DNA of 64,000 nucleotides from Camelus dromedarius (taxonomy: Eukaryota), in NCBI RefSeq assembly GCF_036321535.1, contig NC_087437.1:84322001-84386000 (forward strand), in the 5' to 3' direction. The position numbers and the translations under genes were made by a program. Under the pieces are notes generated by a model, which saw only the letters and a program-made list of their open reading frames with translations, ran no database searches and was not told the DNA's origin. Below, piece by piece: positions 28,374 to 39,184 of the stretch (position 1 is the stretch's first letter; every line of letters starts with the position of its first letter).

Positions 28374-29434
28374 AGAAGTGATGTTCAAAGACTTAAGCAT
28401 AAGACAAGATACAAAAAAACTCCTAGAAGAAAATACAGGCAAAACATTCTCTCACATACAGCTCAAAAATGCTCTCCTAGGGCAGTCTACCCAAGCAACA
28501 GAAATAAAAGCAAGAATAAACAAATGGAACGTAATTAAACTTACAAGCTTCTGCACAGCAAAGGAAACCATATGTAAAACAAAACAACAACCTATGGAAT
28601 GGGAGAAAACTTTTGCAAATGATGAAACTGACAAAGGCTTGATCTCCAGAATATATAAGCAGCTCATACGACTTAATAAGAAAAAAACAAACAATCCAAT
28701 CCAAAAATGGGCAGAAGACCTAAACAAGCAATTCTCCAAGGAAGAAATACAAAGGATAAATAGGTACATGAAAAAATGCTCAGTATCACTAATTATCAGA
28801 GAAATGCAAATCAAAACTACAATGTTCAGAGCAGCACGATTTACAATAGCCAAGACATGGAAACAGCCTAAGTGTCCATCAACAGATGACTGGATAAAGA
28901 AGAATTAGTACATTTATACAATGGAATACTATTCAGCCATAAAAACTGACAACATAATGCCATTTGCGGCAACATGGATGTTCCTGGAGAATGTCATTCT
29001 AAGTGAAGTAAGCCAGAAAGAGAAAGAAAAACACCATATGAGATTGCTCATATGTGGAATATAAATACATAATACATACATACATACATACATACGAAAC
29101 AGAAACAGACTCATAGAATACAAACTTGTGATTGCCAAGGGGCTAGGGGTGGGAAGGGACAGACTGGGAGTTCAAAATTTGTAGATACTGACAAGCATAT
29201 GCAGAATAGTTAAACAAGATTATACTGTATAGCACAGGGAAATAAATACAAGATCTTGCGGTAGCTCACAGTGAAAAAAATGTGACAATGAATATATGTA
29301 TGTTCATGTATAACTGAAAAATTGTGCTCTACACTGGAATTTGACACAACATTGTAAAATGAATATAACTCAATAAAACATGTTAAAAAAAAAAAAGAAT
29401 GCACCTACATATAAAAAAAAAGAAGTGATATTCA
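28374..29434 (+). mobile_element. Young 5'-truncated LINE-1 (ORF2 C-terminus with internal deletion, 3' UTR, poly(A)), with TSD
   Basis: ORF 28360-28908 is L1 ORF2-like ([48 protein letters not shown]). AATAAA at 29372, then poly(A). TSD AGAAGTGAT(G/A)TTCA at 28374-28387 and 29421-29434. Confidence 0.93.
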
Positions 29435-30104
29435 TGCCAATTGATAGGAAAATCACACTTGTTAGGAAAAAATCAATGAAAATCCACTTTATATCTTGTA
29501 TGGAAGTGTCAGTGTGTTTTAGAGTTTCTAGTATTCATTTTGCCAAAAACTGGTAAGTGACTGTGGACAATTCATTTAATATTTTAAATCTCATTTCACT
29601 CAAATCAAAATTACAGAATTTTGCTAGCAATCTCTGGCTTTCCATTTACCTCTGATTTCCTATTTTATACACCCAAGTGTCCAAATAAATCAATACAAAT
29701 GTAAAGCACAGAATTACATTAAGAAATCAAAACATCAGATATTGCTATCTTCCCATAATTAATCAAAAAAGTCCAATATTTTAAAAAATTATCACTTTGA
29801 AGTAAATAGATTAAAATTTTATTACATTTCAATATTAAAATTGAAAACTAAATAAAAAGACTTTCACTAAGAAAAACTTTGTAATAAAAATACAAACTTT
29901 TTCCCACTTAGTATTTTTATATAAGACAATAAAACACATCCTAGAAATAATATATAAATACGGCACATATTTGGGGATATAGAGACAGAGTTACAAAAAT
30001 TTACAATACCTGAATGAAAGTAGTTTGTCACTAGGTCTATGTAAAGGGCAACACACAATTATGACACAGGTCGATTACATTGCCTGCAGTATCTTTCCTT
30101 TTTT

Positions 30105-32630
30105 TTCTCTTTAGTTTTATTTACCTCTCAGCTTTATTGGGGTGTAATAGACGAAACTATAAGTAATTTAAAATGTACGCCATAATGATTTGATGTACAT
30201 GTACAACTTCACATATTTTTGTGATGATATCTAAGTTCTACTCTCTTAGCAAACTTCAATTACACAATTCACTGTCATCTACTACAGTCACTATGTTATA
30301 CATCAGAAACTTAGGCATAATTCATGTTATAGCTAAATGTTTATATTTCCTCCACCTTTCCGCCTCCAACAACCATTTTTCTTCACTCTGTTCAAGTTTG
30401 GCTTTTATTTAGATTCCACATATAAGTGATACCATGAAGTATTTGTCTTTCTCTGTCTGGTTTATTTCACTTAACATCATGCCCACAAGATCCATCCATG
30501 TTGTCATAAGTGGCAGGATTTCCTTCTTTCTCGTGGCTAAATAATATTCCATTATGTATATATACACCACATCTTCTTTATCTATTCATCAGTGATGGAC
30601 ACTAGCATTGTTTCCATATCTTGCTATTGTAAATAATGCTGAAATGAACAGGGAGCATTTCTTTCAGGATGAAAGAAAAGAAGTGAGAATGATGGATCAT
30701 ACAAAAGTTTTATTTTCAGTTTTTTGAGGAATCTCCAGAATGTGATTGGTGGCTATGGCTGCCCCAATGTGCATTCCTACCAATAGTGTATAAGAGTCCC
30801 CTTTTACCCACATCCTTGTCAACATTTGTTATCTCATCTTTTTGATGATAGCCATTCTAACAAGTATGATCTGACAGTTCATTGCGTTTTTGATTTACAA
30901 TACCTTGATAATTAGTGATATAGAGTACCTCTTCATTATTGGTCATTTCCACATCTTCTTCAGAAAATGTCTATTCAGTTCTTCTGCTTGTTTTTCAGTT
31001 AGTTTTTGTGTTTTGTTGGGTTTTTTTGCTATTGAGTTATGTGAGTTTTCTATTTTTGATATTAACCCATATTAGATATATTTACAAATATTTTCTCCCA
31101 TTCCATAGGTTGCCTTTCCATCTGGTTGATGGTTTCCTTTGCTGGGCAGATTTTTAGTTTTATGTAGTCTTACTTGTTTGTTTGTGCCTTTGTTGCCTTT
31201 GCTTTTGGTGTCAAATCAAAAACAAACTACTGCCAATACTGACATCAGGGTTCTCTTCCCTTATGTTATCGTCTAGAAGTTTTGTTACAGGTCTTATTTT
31301 AATATAATTTGAAATCAAGAAGTGTGATGCCTCTGGACATGTCTTTTTTCTCAAGATTGCTTTGGCTATTCAGGGTCTTTTGTGGTTCCACAGGAATTTT
31401 AGGATTTTTTTTCTATTTCTGCGAAAAATGTCATTGGAATTTTCATAGGGATTACACAGAACCTGTAGATTGCTTTGGGTAGTATGGACATTTTAACAAT
31501 ATTAATTTTTCAAATCCATAAGCATGGAATATCCTTCCATTTATTTGTATCTTCTTCAATTTCATACATCAGTGTCTTACAGTGTTCAGTGTACAGATCT
31601 TTAACCTCCTTGGTTACATTTATTCTTAGGTATTTTATTCTTTTTGATGCAATTGTAAATTAGATTGTTTTCTTAATTTCTGTTTCTGATGGTTTGATGT
31701 TATTTCATAGAAATGAAGCTGGTTTTTATATATTGATTTTGTATCCTGCAACTTTACTGAATTAATTATTAGTTCTAGTAGTTTTTTGGTGGTCTTTAGG
31801 GTTTTCTATATATAATATCATGTTATCTGTAAATAAAGATAATTTTACTTCTCCCATTCTGATTTGGATGTCTTTGCTTTCTTTTTCTTGCTAATTGCTC
31901 TGGCCTAGAATTTCAGTACTATGTTGAGTAAAAGCGGCAAGAGTGGGCATCCTTGTCTTGTTTCTGATCTCAGAGGAAAGGCTTTCAGCTTCTCTCCATT
32001 GAGTATGATGTTAGCTATGAGCTTGTTAACATGGTCTTTACTATGCTGAGGTACATTCCCTCTACCCCCAGTCTTTTCATCATGAATGGTTGAATTCTGT
32101 CAAAAACTTTTTCTGCATCTATTGAAATAATATGATTTTTATCTTTCATCTGTTAATGTGATGTATCACACTGACTGATTTCCAAATGTTGAACCATTCT
32201 TACACCCCTGGAGTAACGACCACTTGATCATGGTGTACGATCCTTTTAATACACTGCTGAATTTGGTTTGCTAATACTTTGTTGACGATTTTTGCATCTA
32301 TGCTCATCAAAGATATTGGCCTGTAATTTTCTTTTCTTGTAGTGTCCTAGTCTAATTTTGGTATCAGGGTAATGCTGGCCTCATAAAAAGAATTAGGAAG
32401 TATTCTCTCCTCTTATTTTTCAGAAGAATTTGAGAAGGATTAGTACTATCATTCTTCAAATGTTTGGTAGAATTCATTAAGTGAAGCCATCTGGCCCTGG
32501 ACTTTTCTGTGGGATGGAGTGGTGGAATGTTGATTACTGATTTAATCTTAGTAGGACTGGTCAGTTTAGAGTTTCTATTTCTTCATGATTCAGTCTTGGT
32601 AGTTAGTGTGTTGGTTATATCCATGTATTT
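30105..32630 (-). mobile_element. Old LINE-1 (L1MA-like), 3' UTR and degenerate ORF2 with internal gaps
   Basis: Reverse-complement L1 motifs: AGATTCCACATATAAGTGATACCATG, GATTGCTTTGGCTATTCAGGGTCTTTTGTGGTTCCA, GAGTGGGCATCCTTGTCTTGTT. Confidence 0.9.
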
Positions 32631-34185
32631 TGGTATTTTCCAGTTATCTTTCTACTACTGATTTGCATTGTGTCCTTAGCTGACCTTGGATTATTTTTAT
32701 CCTTTAAATTTGGTAAGTTTTTGGTTTTTTTTTTTTTTAAGCTCAACAGTCATGTATATCTTGGTGAATGTTCCATATGAGCTTGAGAAGAATGTGTATC
32801 GGATGCTATTCTTGGATGAAGTAGTCTATAGATGAAAATTATATCCAGTTGACTGATAGTTTTATTGAGTTCAACTATGTGCTTATTGATTTTCTGCCTG
32901 TTGGATATGTCTGTTTCTGATAGAGGGGTTGAAGTCTCCAAATATAGTAGTGTATCAACTATTCTATGGAACTCCTGGCAGTTCTATCAGTCTCTGCCTA
33001 AACAAGTTTGATGTTCTGTTGTTAGGCATATACACATGGGAGACTGCTATGTCTCTTGGAAAACCGACCCTTTCATCATTTTGTAATGTCCTTCTTTATC
33101 CTTAATAACTTGTCTTGCTGTGAAGCCTGTTGTCTGAAATTAATATAGCTACTCATGTGTTTTCTTGATTCCTGTTAGGATGGTATATTTTTCTCCATCT
33201 ATTTACATTTAATCCATATGTTTCTTTATATTTAAAGTGGGTTTCTTTTAGAGAACATATTACTGGGCCTTATTTTTTTGATTGACTCTAACAATCTCTG
33301 CATTTTATTTCACCCATTTAGATCATTGACATTTAGAGTGATTAATGGTATAGCTGGTACAATATTCATTACTGTCTTCTACTTGTTGCCCTTGTTCTTT
33401 GTTCTCATTTTTTTCTTTTTCTCTTTTTTTCTTTTTCTGCCTTTTGTGGTTTTAACTAGCTTTTATATCATTCCATTTTCGCTGTCTTACCAGTATATCA
33501 GTTATACTTCTTTTTTCACCTTTTTTTAGTGGTTGCTCTTGAGTTTGCAATATACATTTACAACTAATGCATGTCTACTTGCAAATAATGCTATACAGCT
33601 TTGTAGGTACTGTACCTTATAGTAACAAAATAATCCTACTTCCTTCCCACCTCATGTATCATTGCTGTCATTCATTACAATTATACACAAGCATACACAC
33701 ATACATACATATGCATTTATTTTCATTATCAAGATTTCCATCTCTCTACTTACATTGCCCATCTGCTCTTGCTTGCTGTCTAATTAATCCATTAGAGACC
33801 TTAGCATAGTAATCATAGCTGTTTTAAATCCCCAATCTGATAATTCGAGCGTCCCTGCCATATCTGGTTCTGATGTTTGATATGTCTCTTAAAATTGTGG
33901 GTTTTGCCTTCTGGTACACCTTACAATTTTTTTTCTTGATTGCTGGACATGATGCAACAGGCACTGGTTCCTGTGGCTGTTTCTGCTTAAAAGTCTCTAC
34001 TCTGGGAAGCAGTAACTCCTTATATTTGCCTGTCTGTCTCTCTAATCTTGGAAGCAAGCACTTTGCTCCATGTCCTCCCCTATCTTATGGACCCAAGAAG
34101 AGCTGATTTTTCAGTCTTTTCAGGTTTTTGCTTATTGTTAGAACTGAGTGATGATTTATAAGCTCTTTATATGTGAAATCAAATG
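32631..34185 (-). mobile_element. Older LINE-1 fragments (L1MC/MD-like; endonuclease region and upstream)
   Basis: Minus-strand ORF 32750-32941 (STPLSETDISNRQKINKHIVELNKTISQLDII.IYRLLHP..SSQAH) resembles the L1 endonuclease domain. The flanking sequence is L1-like. Confidence 0.8.
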
Positions 34186-34289
34186 TCTTTTTCTTTTTAT
34201 ACCCAGGTAGATTTTTTTAGATTAGTTTCCTTCTTTTCTGCCTTTGAAGCACTAACAAAAATCTTTAAATCTGCATGTAGCATTATCAT

Positions 34290-34316
34290 ACACACACACA
34301 TACACACACACACACA
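34290..34316 (+). repeat. Interrupted (AC)n microsatellite
   Basis: Read directly from the sequence. Confidence 0.9.
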
Positions 34317-34889
34317 AAACCCACAGGTAATATTCTATATTAGAAGCTGAAATAGGGAAATTACTAGACTATCAGTTTCAAGATCACAGGGAAAAATGCA
34401 GTCAGTGTGCCTGCACCAAGACAGCGCAAACAGGGGAGGGATATGGAAATGTGCTGCTCACCAAAAATGCACCCTTTGACTGTTTATTAGTAAATCATCA
34501 ATAAATATGTCAGAATATCACAGTGATATTCTGGGTTATCATTAACTTCATGTTTTTTTTTTTAATTCCAGAGTACCTTATAAAAATGTTAACTTTTTAT
34601 GTTAATAAAAAAAAAATCCTATCACATAACTCACCAAAATAACTAAAAATAATTCTGAAGTGGCTGTATTAGCTAACAGAAGCTAACTACTAAGATCAAC
34701 CAACCAACATTTATTGAGGGCCTACTACACACTTAATAGAGTTAACAAGAGTAGGAAGAAAGATGTTCAAAATTCATCACAAAAAAAGTATGTTTATAAA
34801 GGTAGATGTGGGTTGAACTTATGTATGGGTATTTTTTCAAAAGGCCCCAATATGATTTTGATGTACAGCCAGGGTTAAGAATCTCTGGT

Positions 34890-35340
34890 CTTTAATGATA
34901 AAACGCACACCACTTAGCACAGCATTCAAAGCTCTTCATGGCTTGACCCCTGTCTATTTTCCATCCTTCATCTTCTGCCTCTCTCCTCTTTGTAGTCTCT
35001 ACCTAATCCTATTTACCAGTGTCTCACAAAATGCTATCCTATGTTTTCATCATGTTATTGCACTTGTTACTCCCCTTCTCTGGAATGATTTGTTATCACT
35101 AGTCACCTGATAAATAGTGACTAACATTTCATCACTTAGTTCAAGCTCTGCTTCCTATAGAAAGTCTTTCTTGATACCTGAAAATGGATATGACAATATC
35201 TTCCTCCAAAGCCATTAGTAACTTGTGCATATTACTATCACCACACCTGCAAGAAGGTGTCTCCACCCACTTGACTTTCTCTATTACACAATAAATTCAT
35301 AAAGAACTAAGTTTACTCTTATTTGTATCCTTGATAAGGG
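34890..35340 (+). mobile_element. L2 LINE fragment
   Basis: CTTAGCACAGCATTCAAAGCTCTTCATGGCTTGACCCCTGTCTA..GTTACTCCCCTTCTCTGGAATG. Confidence 0.65.
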
Positions 35341-35379
35341 TCATTGGTAATATATTTAATTGTGTTATTTCAAAGATAA

Positions 35380-35790
35380 TGATCTAAGCTTGATTCCAAA
35401 ATCTATACTGAACTTACTAGTTCATGACCTTGAGCAAATTCCCCAAAACTCTATGACTCAGCGCCTTCAATGTTGAATTGGAATGAATAATATGACCTAC
35501 TTCCTAGTTCAGATGAATGACACAATGCACTGAAGCCCTTAAAGCATAGTAATCACTAGATTAATGTTAACTATTACTTTATTGTGACTGTCGTTGTGTG
35601 GTCAGGCACTTCTATATATACTGCATTTATAAAATCTCAAAATGAAACCGAACAGGTGTTATTTCTGCTATTTTACAGATAATTAAAGCAAAGCCAAGAC
35701 AGTAATCCATTTTCTAAGAAACTCATTCTCAATAAGGCATAGGACTGAGATTCAGTCTCAGACCTATTTGACTATGCAGCACTGAGCAGA
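35380..35790. mobile_element. Two tail-to-tail MIR fragments
   Basis: Plus strand TGACCTTGAGCAAATT..ACTCAG (35425-35460). Minus-strand core ATTTTACAGAT..GGACTGAGATTCA (35670-35755). Confidence 0.55.
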
Positions 35791-36714
35791 GAGAAATAAA
35801 GAAACAAGAATCAAGCATCTTACTGACCAAACTGTAAGATATCTCTGCTTTACAGATTATTTCCTACCTCTATTGAAGTCAAGCAGAAAATCCCCCTTAA
35901 TTCATCTTTAATCTGTTCTCAGAGTTAGAAGGAAAAAAAAAAATCATGGCTTCCAAGCTTTTACCTCTCTATTCTTGACAATTCAGAGCAACTCTGACAT
36001 CTCAAGCTTTTCATTATTGTTTTCAATATTTCAGAGTCGAGATATCAAGTACTTCCTACTGACTTCTAACTTTTCTTTCTCATTTTGCTTTCCACTGCAT
36101 TTATTTTTGAACAGAAGAAACCTAGGTTATGCATGACTGTTCCTTAATTCCACAGCTGTTTGTTTTAATTAGAAAAAGCTATGGGCAGAATACCATGCAG
36201 ATTCTCCATTGTGGTCATTGTGTAATAAGAATTTTTTTTTCAACATTTTTCCTGTTTAATTCACTAATAGTCAAGTCCTGGGTTTATGCAAAAGGTATGC
36301 TCTATGTGACTGATATATGTAAACAGTCATCAAATAGATACAGCAGAGATCTTCCTTAAAATTTTTTATCTTTCTCTAGAGATTTCTTAAGGGAGACATC
36401 TTTTAATATTTAAATAAACATTTTTTTGACATTTAAACAAACTTAATTTATACAAATTTATAGTTTGTGGTTAAATTCCCAGATCATGACTTTTTTCCAA
36501 ACATATTTAGTCAGTTAATCTATTTCATTTTTCCTGTTGTCAGTTTTGAAGAAAAATGCTACTTTAAGCTCCTTTCTCAATGCCCTTACAAAGAGGTACT
36601 TCAAGATTCAAAGAAATGTTATTACTTCTTAGTCTGGATTCACTTTCCTAGTGTAGGTATCTTTCCCATCCTAAAATATTATGTATTTATTCAATTCTCT
36701 TACCTTTATGGAAA

Positions 36715-37430
36715 TAATATAGTGTGTTGGTTAAGAATGTAAGCTTTGGAGGTATAATGTCTAAATCCAAATCCTTACCCTGCATGTTTATTTCCTAGTA
36801 CTGCCATAACAAAGTATGACAACTAGTTGGGTCAGAATAGCAGACATTTATTGTTTTACACTTCTGGGGTCTAGAACCAGTCTAAAATCAAGATGTCAGC
36901 AGGGTTGGTTCCTTCTGAGAACCATGAGAGAGAATCTGTTTCATGCCTCTGTCCTAGCTTACAGCAGTCTGTTGGCAATCTGCAGTGTTCCTTGGCTTGT
37001 AGATGTGTAACTCCAATATCTGCTTTAATCTTCACATAGCCTTCTCCCTGTGTGCATGTCTGTCCAAATTTCCCCCTTTTCATTAGGACACCAGTCATAT
37101 TGGATTAGGGGTCCACAGTACTCCAGTATGACCTCATCTTAACTAATTACATCTGCAATGACCCCTTTTCCAAAAGAGGCCATATTCTGAGGTACTGGGA
37201 ATTAGGACTTAAACATATGAGTTGGGGGGGGGCACACAATTAAACCTATAACACTCTGTTATCCTTTAACACTGTGTCAAGTTACTTAACCTATTTTGCA
37301 TCCTGATTTCCTCACCTATAAAATAGAGATGAAAATAGTAATATTAACTTTATAGGTTGTTGTGAAGAGTATACAATTGAATACACTGAAGTACTCAGAA
37401 TGGGGCCCAGGAAGGAGTAAGCACTCAAAA
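36715..37430 (+). mobile_element. MIR SINE split by the MLT1 LTR (36715-36780 and 37254-37430)
   Basis: GGTTAAGAATGTAAGCTTTGGAG..AAATCC before the LTR, and CAAGTTACTTAACCT..TTTCCTCACCTATAAAATAGAGATG after it. Confidence 0.75.
36781..37253 (-). mobile_element. MaLR solo LTR, MLT1C-like, inserted in a MIR
   Basis: TTTCCTAGTACTGCCATAACAAAGTA..AAATCAAGATGTCAGCAGGGTTGGTTCCTTCTGAG..GACCTCATCTTAACTAATTACATCTGCAATGACC..CACAATTAAACCTATAACA. Confidence 0.88.
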
Positions 37431-38670
37431 ACTCAAGAGTTTATACTGCATTTGGGCAGCTGTTTCTGGGAAAATGGCCCATAGAAAAGTTAATTGTCTT
37501 AAAAGGAAACACTGGCAATCTTAAAATCGAAGCTCCTTAAAATGTCATTTACTAGACAAAAATATAAGGTTTAGAGGCATATCAATTTTCTTTCTATAGT
37601 TTAGGAATTACACATTCATTCTATAGTTTATTTTTAAACGCATAAGAATTGTGTATGGAAACTGGATCAATACTGGGCACAATATTTTTTGTCACAAATT
37701 TTCTCATATTAACCAGGCACATGGTTAATGACAAGAATACTGCATAATATTTTAATTTTGAATGCACTGAAATTTTGGACATACTCATAAGCATAAGCCA
37801 CTTGCTAAAAGTCCAATTTCTTGTAAAGAAAAGGTTAGTTCAAGCCACCTATATGTTTCCTTATCTTCTATACTGCAGTTGATAAGCATTTTATCATAAC
37901 AAGGGGTGTTTCAAATTGTTCTTGGGTAAAAGCAAATATACACTATCCTTTTGGGAAATTGGCTTCATGATTCTATCATAATATGCCTCCTAAATTGCTA
38001 ATACTCTATTGAGGGTAGTAGCAAAATGACGACTAACTCCCCTAGGCTGAACTGGAAGACTCTATAGACTCTAATTATACAAAGTCATATTCACTTCATA
38101 ATTGAGTTTTTAGTGGAAGGGCTGAAATTCTAAAGGAAGTTATTTGGATGATTATATTACCAGTGATTAGACATGTGCGAGGTTTTGGCCACTCATTATC
38201 CATTCCACTTGTTTTAGTGGCATTTTTAAGGAATTAACTTGTCTCCTATAGTGTCCATTCATGATAAGTTTGTCAATCAAGGGGCCCTACTCTTTCTATG
38301 ATATAGAGGCTCATGACCCAATCCAAGCTAACCAGACACACTCTTACAGGATTGATATTTTTAGCTCAGTAATACAATTATAGGAAGAAAAGGGTTGAAA
38401 TCAATTCAGTTCAGTGAGACTGATGATTAATTCCTGGCGTCTAGATCCCACATGCTGCTCTGACTCCTATCCTTTTCTAAAGTTGGTTCTCTAGGAGTCT
38501 CTTTGCTTCTGTGGAATCATCATATCCAAAGTCTTACAAATCCAAAAGTTATATTATAAATTCAGTATTTATTTATAGGACATCTACTTCTTAAAAATTT
38601 CTTTTCTGCTTATTTAACTAGCTTTAATTCCTATTTGCTGCAAACAAAGAACTGGAATGAATCCCTAAAT

Positions 38671-38843
38671 CAGGGTTTCTCAAACCATCTGCATCCACAT
38701 TTAGTAGAATGCTTGTTAAAAATGAACACTCCTAAACACTATATTGAACACACTAAATCCAACTCTTTGGAAGTGGTGCTCAGTAATGTGTCATTTGAAC
38801 AAGTTCTGCAGCAATTCTTACAGACACTAAGACTCGATAGCTG
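38671..38843. mobile_element. MER5A-like MITE
   Basis: CAGGGTTTCTCAAAC..TGCTTGTTAAAAATG..ACTAAATCCAACTCTTTGG..AACAAG. Confidence 0.65.
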
Positions 38844-39184
38844 CTAGATCCAAACTGCAGGAAAATAAAAAGTAGCCCACATGGAGGAGAAGCAGGGACT
38901 GAAGACTCAAACTATATGGCCTCTCATTAGATACTGAAGTTGTCATTATTACTCATTAATCAAGACTGCTTATACAGTGCCTAATGAGTTTAACTATATA
39001 TGGACAAATTAGTAAAATAAACAGGCAAAAGCACACTGAAATGGGCATTACAAATTTAAAAATAATACATATAAACAAAATAGTAAAAATGACTATTACT
39101 CAAGATCATAACTATTAAATGCTAATTTAAAAAGCTGTATGATACAGGGAAAGGAATTCTTCCTTATGTTTGCCAAATAATTCC

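Noticed and set aside
28360..28908. 182-aa ORF as a host gene
   Set aside because: It is an L1 ORF2 remnant inside a TSD-flanked insertion, with no promoter or true start.
34408..34430. CCTGCACCAAGACAGCGC resembling a REST/RE1 site; half-site TCAGCACC also at ~56265
   Set aside because: Left-half mismatches and wrong spacing at the first site, and no right half at the second.
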